Shown in pieces: positions 11,764 through 23,814 of a stretch of 64,000 nucleotides of DNA; within the stretch, counting starts at the first letter, position 1; every line of letters begins with the position of its first letter. Under the pieces are notes generated by a model that made no database searches, had not been told where the DNA came from, and saw only the letters and a list, made by a program, of their open reading frames with translations. This stretch comes from Selaginella moellendorffii (Eukaryota > Plantae > Lycopodiophyta), in assembly GCF_000143415.4 (NCBI RefSeq), contig NW_003314265.1, positions 1,322,446 through 1,386,445 of the forward strand, written 5' to 3'. The position numbers were made by a program, and so were the translations under genes.

Positions 11764-12283
11764 ATGAGCATGAAGAAGACGGACTTGATTCGATGGCTCC
11801 AGCAACACAAGGTGAAATTGCCTCCGAAGGTAGCGTAAATCTCTCCCTCGCTCTTGTCCTCCACATTGCCATATTTAACTTGCAGAACCAGCTCAAGGAG
11901 TACTATCTGGGCATGACTCTGCAAAAACACGCAGAGCTCGGAGGAGGCCACCGGCATGTCCAAGTCGCCACCGAGACGCCACCCAAGCCAGCTCCCGAGA
12001 GGAAAAGGGTAACAAGAGAAAACCTTGGCATAACGAAAGAAACTTGTAGAGAGGGAGGCCGAGGCGAAGATCCAAGTCGCCTCATCCTTCCCGGTCCTCC
12101 CATCTAAGCCGGTTGCGATCCTATCTCCCGGGGAGGCCGCTGTTGGGATTTCTAGGCATGGGGCTCAGCAGGAGAAAGGTGCTCAGATTCATCTTTGTGG
12201 CTGCGATTGTGTTTGGCGTGCTTGGCTACGCGTACCAGGTGAGGAGATTCCAAAGGAGGAGGAAATGGTGCTGGCAAAGATGA
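11764..12283 (+). CDS. Candidate small LEM-like/HeH-domain, AT-hook, C-terminal TM protein (intact 140-aa gene or 5'-truncated pseudogene)
   Basis: Exons 11764-11829, 11886-12008, 12050-12283 joined by phase-0 GT-AG introns give MSMKKTDLIRWLQQHKVKLPPKNQLKEYYLGMTLQKH...ERKRRGRPRRRSKSP...FIFVAAIVFGVLGYAYQVRRFQRRRKWCWQR*. In-frame TAG at 11752 just upstream. Confidence 0.5.
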
Positions 12284-12767
12284 CTATATTGTTTGATGTT
12301 CTGGCATTAAAGAAAACAAGATTGATTAGAAAAAGATATTTTAGATCTTAATTCTTATATAGGGAGATTAGACAACATGTGTAAAGCGCGGAGGACGACC
12401 AAACATAAACAAACACAGTGTATAAGACCATGTCAAAGTCATTGAAGAGTGTGAACTCCATGCAATTAAGGCAGCCAAATTTGACAGTGATATGGTCAGA
12501 GGAGAAGAGTTTTCCTCAAAATTGCCATGCAAACGTAGACACGACAAAACAAAAATGTAGGCTCACTTCACTGAAATTCTCCCTTGCGTGTTGTATAGTA
12601 GCATCCCAATTGCTCAGTATAAAAGCCCATTCCCCCGCCACGATTTTCATTCATTCTTCCAATTTCATTCATCCATCCTCATATCATTTGATCTCGTCCC
12701 AATTGTTCCAGAGCTTATCGAGCTTGCTTTGAGAATCCTCGTTCCAGAGAGCTCGAGTTATAGATCC

Positions 12768-13427
12768 ATGGCCATGGCGCCCGCTTCGTCAATCCTGCTT
12801 CTGAGCACCATGATCATCGCATTCTTGGCCAGCGGAGTGCTCTCCGACCCAGATCCACTCCAGGACTTTTGCGTCGCGGATCTCACCGCATCACCGGGCG
12901 TCAATGGCTTCCCATGCAGGAACGCGTCCAGCGTCACGGTGGAGGACTTCATCTACAGAGAAATGGTGAATCCGGCCAACATCACCGCCATGAATCGCGC
13001 GGGCGCAGTGTTTGGAACCGTGCTGAGGTTCCCCGGGATCAACACCCTTGGCCTCTCCATGGCCAGGCTCGACTTGCTACCCGAGGGGATTATCGCGCCA
13101 CACACCCATCCCAGGGCCACGGAGATGGTGTACGTCGAGGAGGGGAGCGTATACGCCGCCATTGTCACCGCGGACAACCGCTTGTTTGCACAGGTGCTGA
13201 GCAGAGGCGAGGTGATGGTAATTCCGCGTGGATTGATCCACTGGCAGATGAATGTCGGCAGGAACAATGCCAAGATCATTGCTGCGCTCAACTCTCAGCT
13301 CGCGGGGACGCAATTTGTAGGGAGGTCCATGTTTGGATCGAGCCCCCAGGTGCCCGACGAGGTGCTAGAAAAGACCTTTTTTATCGACAACACTACCATC
13401 AATCAGGTCCGATCCGTGTTTGCTTGA
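12768..13427 (+). CDS. Germin-like protein (cupin), intronless, secreted
   Basis: Signal peptide, DPDPLQDFCVAD, PHTHPRATEM and PRGLIHWQMN germin boxes. Confidence 0.95.
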   Translation: MAMAPASSILLLSTMIIAFLASGVLSDPDPLQDFCVADLTASPGVNGFPCRNASSVTVEDFIYREMVNPANITAMNRAGAVFGTVLRFPGINTLGLSMARLDLLPEGIIAPHTHPRATEMVYVEEGSVYAAIVTADNRLFAQVLSRGEVMVIPRGLIHWQMNVGRNNAKIIAALNSQLAGTQFVGRSMFGSSPQVPDEVLEKTFFIDNTTINQVRSVFA

Positions 13428-15789
13428 TTTAATCTTCTTTGATCTTCCAAACTGAATGCACATTCAAATTCATTAAGTTTTCAATATTGGAAGGTTTTGT
13501 TTCTCTTTTTTAATTAATTTTTTCTATCTCAAAATTATTTAAGAGGATTAGCAAGTTTTGTTATATAATTTATTTTTACTATTTTGCTCATAAAATTCCT
13601 ATCCAAAACAAATTTTAATTGGGTCAAGTTTTTTTCAGTAATAATGTTTATTACCCTTAAAAATGTTTTTTAAAGTGTTCCTACAGTTCCTTATTACTTT
13701 TCTCTTTTTCATTAGAATTAAAGATATTATAGATATTTTGATATAACAATTTTTTATAAGTTATAATGGTTGTTAGATTATGTGCTATTAATTATTATTA
13801 TTATTATTTCTTTTAAAATTATATTGCATTAATTTTTATTTGTATTTTAAATAGACAAATCTTAATGCACTTAATTCTAATCCAATAGTTTTGATCTGTT
13901 ATTAATTATAGAACACTCAAACACAAGTATGTAAATGATTAGGGAGAACAAGCAATTTCAAACCCCAGTGCATTCTATAGATCTCAGCAAGATTAAATTA
14001 TCTAACTTGGACTTATTGAGCTTTGCAGTCAAAAGAAAAGTTGTTACAAGAAAATACTTTAATCTATAGTATGACATTTACCTCACATGGCAGTGATTAA
14101 ATCTATTTGTAGCAATGTTGGCTAAAGGTGGAGGAGTGCAAGATCATTTGAGCACATATATCAATCAATTTAGATTTATAAACTTAAATATAATTTGAAT
14201 AAATATTAATTTTAAATCATTAGCATTAGCCCTTGATTATAAAAGAATTGGATAAAGATGGAATTAAGAGATATTCTAGGAATATTTAATACAAAATAAG
14301 TGGCTAACAGATGAAGTAATAGATATCCTTAGCACAAGTGAGTAAATCAAGGATATGACAAGAACACAATGTTTGAAAGAAATTCTTTTCTTATTGCTAG
14401 TTGGACTTGTAGGTAATATAGGTTCTTTAATATTATTTTTTCTAATACAGTTTTTAAAAAGATATATTACTGAGATGATACCCTAAAGCATTTTAATTTG
14501 ACATTGATGTATAAAATTTATAAAAGTGGTTTTTGGAGTTTCAAGAGTAGTATTAAAGTATAGCAATGAATATGTAATTGCACATGGGTGCATCTTTTAT
14601 TTATATATGTGCAGATTTATTTTTTTATTTCCAATTGCACATAAAATATTATGCACAAAATTGAATATTGATTGCTATAATAGTAATCAAAATGGGGCAT
14701 TATAAAATTTGAATAGAATGTAGACAAACACTTCATGCATATATGCAACTATGTCATCTACTCTTTTTTTGAGTAATTCAATTCAATTCATGATCTATGA
14801 AATTAAAATATGTAAAACATAGAGAAAAAAGCAACACCACCCATCACCACACTATTGAAGATGATAAGCACCTCCCCAAACTTCCCAAGAACATAGTCTA
14901 TGTTTCAATTGTGGCCACAACACTTTACTACTCAAGATTATATTATGTTGCTAGCTCAATTGCATTAAGCACAGCAGGATCACACAATCTTTATCAATCT
15001 GTTGATAATCTCTTCAACTTATAGCTACTTTAGGATTCTACTCCCTTGGATCAAACCTTTGTTCTTGGTGAAGAACTTGACTGCCATGGTTTAGCTACAT
15101 TACAAATCAAATTTTAAAAACAAAAAAATAAGATGCTAATATGGCAAATATATTGGTGTGGATTAAGAATTCATATGTATATATGGCTTTACCAACTTGT
15201 TTGCATGGTTAATTTTATGACAATACTTTTTAGGGAATGTAAGATAATTAAAACTATCAACAAGAGCATTGTCTCCAAATGAAAAATAAGTGAGCATCCA
15301 GAGGTATGTTGTTTGCATTTATATGCATGTTAAATCAGCATGCAACACAAACTTTTTTTTATAAGCATTTTAATGTAAAAGAAATTTTCCCATAGATTCT
15401 GCAAAATAAAAATGTTGGGATAAACATTTAAGAAAAAAGTAATTAAAACTAACCTTTGAATACTAGTTAAGCTAGTTAAGGTTTTAGGACCTGGGGTGGC
15501 AAAAAGAACTATTAGACTGAATTGTTTTAACATATATGTTTAACTCATAAAATAAATGTTGAACACACCATATTTGCATATGAATATCTTTTTCTTACTA
15601 TTTTCTATAATTGTAAAGTTATAATGAACCAAGAAGAGACAAAATTAACTTTGTTACTCGGTTCCAAATTCTGCTATGAAACTCCTTGGTATGTATAAAG
15701 TACTAATCTCCCAAACACCAATCCATTCCATCTCATTCATTTAATTAAAGCTTGTGTGATCAGTTCTGTCCCTATTGTAGCCAAATGAT

Positions 15790-16109
15790 ATGGCTGTATC
15801 CAAAATTATATTCTTCATGTTCTTCACATTCTTGGCTGTTCCCAGATCCACTCCAAGACTTTTGCATTGGAGACATAAGTGTCACGAGCATCAATGGCTT
15901 CCCATGCAGGAACGTGTCCAATGGATGACTTCATCTCTCATGAACTCCTCCAACACCACAAATATGGATCACTTTGGCATGATCTTTTGCACATCTGGGC
16001 CTCAATACTCTGGACCTCATCACTAGGCTTGATTTCCTTCCTAAGGGCACCCATCCTAGAGCCTTGGAGATGGTGTACGTCGAGGAGGGGAGCATCTACG
16101 CCGCCATTG
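15790..16109 (+). pseudogene. Germin-like pseudogene truncated by a copia LTR
   Basis: DNA identity to 12848-13165 (CCCAGATCCACTCCAAGACTTTTGC; AATGGCTTCCCATGCAGGAACG; GGAGATGGTGTACGTCGAGGAGGGGAGC) with deletions and frameshifts. Confidence 0.85.
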
Positions 16110-16600
16110 TGTTGGAGCCGAAATCCAAGGTTTGATAGGCATCTTGAATCATGGAGAACAAGGGCCTCATTCTGTGGCAAATTTCAGGAGAAATTCCCGG
16201 ACATAGTTAGTATATAGCTAGTGTTTCATTCTTCTTTCAATAAGCAGTTGTTTCTAATTTCCTTCTGAAAAGATCTTGTTCATTCTTTGCTCTCATTCTG
16301 TCCCTTTGTCATGATATTAGAGCAAGATCAAAAGGATGGAAATGCTGCCATTGTGACTTTCTCAAATGGCCATTCCATTTCCACTTTTGATGGATCTGGA
16401 AACTTCTCAAGCTAGAGGTACCAAATGGAGCTCATCCTCAAAGGTGAGGGAGTTTGGGGCATTGTCAATGGCGATGAGCTGAAGCCAGGAGCTGATGCAA
16501 GCTATCAGAATGTGGATACCTAGAGTTGGCATGAGGACAAGGGTACAGCAACAATCAAGCTCATGGTGATGGAGAGCTAAACTAATAACAAATAAGAACC
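16110..16600 (+). mobile_element. Ty1/copia remnant: LTR, degenerate PBS and gag N-terminus
   Basis: TGTTGG...TGTCA (16110-16311), PBS-like TGATATTAGAGC (16312-16323), then FDGSGNFSS*RYQMELILKGEGVWGIVNG typical of a copia gag start; 3' extent uncertain. Confidence 0.7.
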
Positions 16601-17734
16601 TTGATTAGACAAGCATCCCTAGTTAGAATTGGATGATGTGTGGCAATCTTGGCCCTAGATAATAAGTTAAATTCAAAGAGATTGACATACTCTTTATATG
16701 AGCCGGTCTACACCAGCAGTGAGCTGTGGAAGAAGTTGTGGAGAAGCACAAGTAGTAGATGCATGTCCAGATTGGCCATCTCTACAAGATGGTCAACATG
16801 TGGTGGACAGAGTCAGAAAGCTTTGACTAGTTTGTGGATGACATGAAAAACATGTAATGGAAAATCAAGGAGTCAGATAAAGAGAACAAACTTCCTCCTC
16901 TTTAAAACTATTTCTTTCTTCGTGCTCTTCTTAATTCCTTCCATTCTCTTCAAAGTAACTTGATGCAAGTTGATAAGCTTCAGCTTAATTTTGCCATATT
17001 TGCCATCAAAGAGGAGATCATCATGCAGAAGGATATTGGGATTTTCCACTCTAAATTTGATCAAATTTTATTTGCAAGAAACTCTTCTAAGCAATTTATA
17101 AAGAAAAATAACAACAACAAAGTTTTGAAGGATGGAGGTTTTTCCATGGCAAAGAAGACTTTGCTGTGGAAAGACCTCTATCCTTCGACATTGTTGTTGT
17201 TATAGAATATACCTGAATATTATAGAATATTCTACCATTTAATAGTTATTATTCATTTAAATTAATCTTGTATTTATATTTTAAACATGTTTGTAATTTT
17301 TAAGCTTTTTTATACATTATAAATTAACAAATTATTAATAAATATAATTTTGTTTTTCAATATCCATAGTTTCTTTCTAAATAAATCATATTGTGCAAGT
17401 GCAACAGTTTCTAAAGCATTGAATCAAGGAAGCAAAACACTTCTTGCTATAGACAACTCAAGATTGGAAAAATCTACAACATGACCCTTTTTGAATTTGA
17501 CAAAACTTGGGACTGCTTCGGACTGGGCAACATATCACCTATGGGATTGGGTCTGGAGATAGTGGAGGCCATGGTGAGCGTTGTATCAGCAGTGGCAGGC
17601 AGAGAAACCTGTCCAGTCTTAAGTAGGAGGCTTACACACATTGAGGATTCACACAGACATAGAGAGAGTGTGTGTATATACTAAAAATGATCTAAGCTTC
17701 TATAGTTTTATAATGCTTGAAAACTTTGTGGGGA

Positions 17735-18863
17735 CTAGCTCTTGCCCGAGAGGTTCAGATCATACACTCGCGACCCACTAGGGTAAAAGATCCCAAAATT
17801 CCTCTCTGTGCCCGCCCCGGACTTCTCATTCTCGTTAAAGAGGGCAAAGATGTACGTGGGAATCGAAACTCCAGGCCTCTTGGGCGTCCCTTGCGAGCTC
17901 GCCACCTTCTTTGCAAGCCTTGCGTTGTAGAGCTGCGCATTGTCAACACTGGCGCCCACCTGGCCGGAATCTCCGGCTGACGGCCACCCTGTCTCGCTGA
18001 TCACCAGCGGAATATCCCCATATCCTAACCTCTCCATGGCGGCAAACGTGGAATCCACCATGGCATCCAGCAGATCCCGGTAGCCCAGACTGCCGTCCTG
18101 TACGACCGTAGACCCTGACCCAAACAGGGCGTACTCAAGCGAGATTTGGCCAGAGTTCCCGGCGTAGGCGAAGTACGGATAAACGTTGGCGTGGTACGAT
18201 GAGCCGGTTTTGGCCAGGAATGCGAGCAACGGCTGGATGACGCTGGTCGCGATTTCGGAATGGAATGCGCCAGCAGATGGAGGGTAGGATGTGGAGAGAG
18301 CGTCGGACGCGAGCGGCGTGCTGACCTTGATTTTGGCCGTTAGATTCCTGGCCTGGAGGGACGCGAAAATGTTCTCCATTGCCGGGACGAGCGCTGGCCA
18401 GGTGCTCGACTTGATGCTCGTGTCGGACAGGATCTCGTTGCCGACGAGAATGGTGGCGATGTGCGTGGCCGGGTAGTGGTGGACTACGTTCTGAGCGACC
18501 CATGAATCGGCGTGGCTAGCGTTGGAGGCGATGCCGGGGATGTCTTGGTTCCTCACCATTATCGAGACTTTGATGCTGGTGTTGGCCAGAGCTGCGAGAA
18601 CTTGAGAGTCGGCATCGAAGATCTTGACGCGGTCGATTCCCAGCGACTTAATGAGCGACACGGCGGTGGATGGCGAGGGGAGATTGTTGGCCACTCTCCC
18701 ATAGTTGATCCCGACTTGAGCTTGAGCGCCTGGAAGGAGAAGAAGAAGAAGTTGGAAGTTTAGAAATCTCGAAATGTACGATGGATGTTCACGTACCCGT
18801 AATTGACAGAAGCGAGAACAGCCAGCAGAGATGATGAATAGCGTTGTCTCCTCCGAGTTTCAT
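17735..18863 (-). CDS. Glucan endo-1,3-beta-glucosidase (GH17), 2 exons, no X8 or GPI tail
   Basis: Signal exon MKLGGD...SITG, then VGINYGRVANNLP, VGNE, NVYPYFAY, ISETGWPS, YIFALFNEN, ERNFGIF. Confidence 0.95.
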
Positions 18864-19888
18864 CGTCTGTCACGAAGTCCTTGATGACTTCTTGCGTCGT
18901 CGAGCTCTGCGAACAGAGCACACCATAGCTTCATTATAAATGGGGTAGCGCGAAACGGATAGAGGAGCCACCGTCAACACGCAGCGCTCTTTGAGTGAGA
19001 TGAGCCAACCGAAAGAACCACGCACCTTTGTGTCTATTTTCCTCTTTCTCGTTGCGTTGAGAGGAACAAGCAACTTCACAGTGCCTGCGCCTGACAAATA
19101 CGAGATGGCATTTCCTTGTCCAGTGAAGGTCGCTCATCAAACCCCTTTGAATCGCTGCGGCTATCTCATCCCCGTGTGGTCCTTTGATTCTATTCAATCA
19201 AAAGGTGGTAGCTCGTCGCATTCGTTTGGTCAGTCTCCCTTCATAAAACTTCAGCACAACTCGTATAATTCACAGCAATACCTTTAACAGGGCCATTTGA
19301 ACTCATCGCAATCTCGTATCACGGCTTTCGGGAAAGTTGGCACCGAGAGAGACTCTTGTCGCGCATTCCTGTAGCAAAGCAAAGTTATTCTCCTTTTGGT
19401 ATCGATCAAGAGAGAACTGTTACCAGAAAAAAAAAGTCGCAACGCTTACGTATGGGTCTTCTATGGAAATAGAAAACGATGTGAGACCATGGCGTGTCAG
19501 TTGCTTGTAACTATCAAACGTTGCGGTCGGCTGTGTGGTCCATTTACTTCTTCATTGTGTTAACTCGTCACATTCTGCACTTTATACTGCTTAGTGTTCG
19601 CTCGTCGCATTCTGCTCTCCAGAAGACCATCTGCATCACGGAATTCAATGAGGGAAGCACAAAGAATTCTGCAAAAAGAAATATCTCTTGACAAAGTTCA
19701 CCAGTTTAACGACGACTCAACCGTTTTCAGTTCCGCAAGCGCGCTCTTATCAGCAATCCAGGAAAGTTGAGCAGCTACGAACTATGCATGGCAATCTTTC
19801 CCCAGGACGACAATTAAATAGAAAAGCAGCCACCCGTAACGATCTATTGACACGCTATATAGAAAAATACACAGGCGTTGACCTTGTT

Positions 19889-21058
19889 CTATAACCTTTT
19901 CAGCCGTCCCGTTTTCCCGCCCTTGAGCTTCATGAGCTGCTCTAGCCTGAAAACCTTGGCTTCTAAGACCTGCTCACACAAGAATTCTCAGCCAGGAAAA
20001 AAATAAAGCAGGAACCACCTCAATGGTTTCTTGCAGCTCGCGAATCTGTGCCGTGTTTGGAGCTGGAGTAGCTACCACACCATTTGAATCATTTTCTTGC
20101 GACGCCAAAGTCTGCGTTTCCGAGTCGGAAAGTTGAGCGGCAGCCTTGTGCGATGCCTGTTGAGGCCGAGATTAGATCAACAAGACAAGAAATGATACCA
20201 TACCAAAGACGATGTTCTATCCGCACTGCTGAAAAATGTCTGGAACAAAGCACGTAAATGGCAATATCAAAACATATCTGGAAGAAAACAAACCACCTTC
20301 TCGGAACGCGAGGCCTGCACTCTGCAAGCACAGGAGGAGGAATTCTCGGTATGTATATACATTCCAGGCTGAGCGTACGTCTTACCCTCATCAGCTTTAT
20401 CGGTTTCACATTTCCGGGCTGCGGATGACGGGCATTTCTCCAGCTGCCAGCCACAGCATCACACGTTTAAATCCGAAGAGAAAACACAAGTGCTCCCGTG
20501 CACGCTCGTGCCAGTACCTTGCTTTTCAAAAGCTTCAAGAAAGCCTCGATCACCAAAGGCTGCGCACCCGCCACAGCGCTAATGTCCTCCTTGGATAGCT
20601 GAAGATTGAAGTGCTTGAAAACTCTTTCTGGGAGATCACGAGAATGAAAAAAGAGAAAGAAGGAAAAAAGGAAAAATCCCTTACCATTCAAAGTGCTCCA
20701 ATTGTACATCTTTTGTGCCAAGCTGTTTGCGGCGCTATAGTTGTGGATGTCAACAAGTCGAGGGCAGTAATACGACACAACCTCGGCAGCAAGTACTGGA
20801 CAGAAGAAGAAGAAATCATTCATAAGTTCCATCCAAAGCTAAGAGCTTGCCTAAAATCCAGAAAAAAAACGGGCATTCTATACCTCCATCGCTGAAATCC
20901 CTGGCGATGTTCTTCTTTGGCCTGGACAAGGGAATCTCATCCACCTGCGGCGGGACTAAACAATGCCGATCAGCTTAGAAGCGGTCGGAGCGCGCATTTG
21001 CGAGGAGCAAGCATACCCAAGTGTAGATGCCCGTGAGCTCCTCCGGCGTGAGCTCCAT
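19889..21058 (-). CDS. SPEF1: Sperm flagellar protein 1 (CH-like domain plus C-terminal coiled coil), multi-exon
   Basis: MELTPEELTGIYTW|VDEIPLSRPKKNIARDFSDG|VLAAEVVSYYCPRLVDIHNYSAANSLAQKMYNWSTLN; terminal exon VLEAKVFRLEQLMKLK. Internal exons approximate. Confidence 0.85.
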
Positions 21059-21393
21059 CCCCACTCACTCCTCCTAAACCCTATTCTTTGTATCTAGTTT
21101 TCTTGCCCGTTCTCGTTATGATCGAGAAAAGCGCGCGCACTCGCTAGAATTGCGACACGTGTAAAATCCTCAAGGTTTTTAGGTTCTACGCGATCGATCA
21201 ATGCGAGAGAGATCGATCAACGTGCGAGGGAGAGAGATCGATCGATGGAGCCGGGTATGTTAAGCATTAGATTTCAATCTTGTTCTTGCTAGTGATCTAT
21301 CAAAGAATCTTGTGCTCAATCGCCGAGCTTCCTCGGTTCTTGGAATCCCTAGATGATCCAGCTTCTGGGAGATTTGGGAGCTTTTCTCGATCG

Positions 21394-23090
21394 TCAGTAG
21401 CTCGACGAGGCCAGGGTTATATGCCGGTCCACCGCATCGATCAGCTTCGCCGCTACTTGGCCCGCAAAGGTAGCCGTCCCTTCCATTATCTGCAAAGACC
21501 GAAAATCCAAACTTTCTTTCCAGAGTTTAGCGATGTGCTGATGGATCGCGTCTACCTTGGCAAGATCAACGCGGAGGAGAAAAGAAAGAAATAGAAAAGG
21601 AAAAGAGAAAGAAGAAAGGAGGAAGGAGCGAGCACTACCTTGGTGTTGAACATGAAAATGTGGTGCTCGCCAATACTGGCTCCATTGGCGTGGAGTAGAT
21701 CGAGGCGGAGCTCGTCCAAGCTCCTCAGCACTGCGAGGAGCACGTAGTTGCGTCGTCTCCTCTGGGTGAGCTTGATATTCACTTCGTCGTCCACGATCCT
21801 GACGTCGATGTGCGTTCCCATCTGTGATGTTCTTTGCAGCCAGGAGCTCCGGAGCTGCGAGCCATCGCCCAGGAAAGTTGTCTCTTTGGACACTCTCGTA
21901 CCTCCCGGCTGCTGCATCGCGGTGGTGCTCTCCACGTCCGTGGCCGAGGGATCGTCCGGTGACGCCTTGCACCGCTTGTTGGAGCCGCGTCTCTTCTCCT
22001 CGACGAGCAGCTGCAACTCTTGGACGGTTCTCTTGAGCTCCTTGACATAGTCGATGGCGTCCGCGACTATGGAAGCTCTATCAGCCTGCGATCATAGATT
22101 GGAGTGAGACTTCGTTCGGCCAAAAGAAAAATGCAGCACAGCAGAAGAACGAACAGCATGGACAGCAGGCCGGAGGCTCAGGAATGCGGAACGAACCTTT
22201 GAGGGGTTTGGGACCAAGGATCTCAAAGTCTGATACTTCTCGTTGAGGTATTCGCGCCGCTGCCGCTCGGTTGCAAAGTGGTTGATGCCTCGGCTCTCTG
22301 CTCCTTTGGCGAAAGTGAAGTCCTTCTTTTCGAACAGGCTTGGAAAGAGCCGGCGCTCTTCGTGACCGGCGCTGTTATCTCGGTCTTCATAGTCCAGCAA
22401 GCCAGGGGGACGCATTATACCCGGCTTCGAGCTCGGGTGGTCGGGCGGATGAGGCAAGGTGTGGAGCAAGTGCCTGAAGGAAGGCTGGGGAAGCATTTGC
22501 TGTCCGTGGAGATGAGAAGAGTCCCCTCCTATCTCGGCGGCGGTGAAGGATGACACTGCGGGATGGCTCAGCTTTTTGGAGATCACGGAACTGAATGGTC
22601 CAGAGATAGTTCCTCCTGAAGCACAGCGTGGAAGCTGGAGAAGGCTCAGAAGCTCCGACTCTCTTCGGAACTTTGGTGGCGTGGAGTTGCCGAAGAAGTT
22701 TTGCTGCTGCTGTTGGACTTGGATGTGCTGCTGCTGCATAAGCATCTCCTGGAGGACATGGACGTTTTCCTCCCAGGTGGCGGCAGTGGTGGTGGAGGAT
22801 GTGGCGGTGGTGCTGGTTGCTGGCTGCTGCTGCTGCAACATGTCGTGGAGGAGCTGGCCATGGTCATCCAATTCGAATTCCGCGGAAGGGACGTTCAACT
22901 CCGAGCTAAGTTGTGGAGCGTCACTTAGCGCCAGATTCGAGGCCTCGAGCTGCTTCTCGAGTGTGTCAGTAAGATCCAGCAAGCCAGCGCCGGTGTCGGA
23001 ACCCAGGCCCCCTTCCAGCGTGAAAGCTTCCGAGGAGCGAGCAAAGTAGTTGTGATCCTCGTAAAGCGTGGTAGCCCCAAAATGCTGCAT
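21394..23090 (-). CDS. bHLH transcription factor, subfamily II (bHLH010/089/091, EAT1-like) with C-terminal ACT-like/BIF domain
   Basis: HFATERQRREYLNEKYQTLRSLVPNPSK|ADRASIVADAIDYVKEL; LRSSWLQR...IDVRIVDDEVNIKL...HIFMFNTK|IMEG. Confidence 0.9.
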
Positions 23091-23776
23091 TTTGATCCTC
23101 CTTCACCCGACCACGAGACGGCGACGAGGAGTATGTGGAGAAATCGAAGACAAGGCAAGAAGATTTTCTCTCGTTTTCTTCTTCTCAAATTTTTTTTCCC
23201 AGGTACCTTGCTCCTGATGCTAGCTCATCTCGACGCCGACGATGGCGACAAAACGAAGGAGAAGAATGTTGTCACCTCTTGCTTCCGGTTTGCTGGAATG
23301 AAGGCCCTCTCTGGAAGAAGACAACGAGAGGCATTCAACATTATATAGCGACCGAGGGGTTCCTCCGTTCCGTTTAAAGCCGTCCTTTTTGTTCCGGTGC
23401 ACGGTAGCAACGAACTCGGTTGCACGCCAAGTAGTACGCCGGGGTATGCAGGGCCACCTCGTTTTCTTCCGCTTCGAGCTTGATCTTTATTCCCTGCGAG
23501 TGAGGTGAGCTTCATGGTGGGAATGCGTCGGTGACTGACTCTTGTTTTTCATCCCGACTGGCAGATGATATCGACAATCTCCATCACCAGCGGGGATTAC
23601 AACTCCTAGACAGGGAAGACCATGCACATAGGAGGCTATAAGTGTAGTCCGCTATGTGCTGGCTTTCTAGGAGGCACGGAGCGAGGACTGGCTGGTACAG
23701 TAATTGTCCCAGCCCCTGCCATACCAAGTTAACGACGAGCGCTTACACGGGGTACGTCATACATCCGTCATGCTTA

Positions 23777-23778
<2 letters not shown>

Positions 23779-23812
<34 letters not shown>
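23779..23812. repeat. (TG)n microsatellite
   Basis: 17 TG units. Confidence 0.95.

Positions 23813-23814
<2 letters not shown>

Noticed and set aside
14280-14720. NKWLTDEVID resembling a Ulp1 protease of Mutator-like elements
   Set aside because: Single short motif in AT-rich sequence; catalytic motifs and TIRs not found
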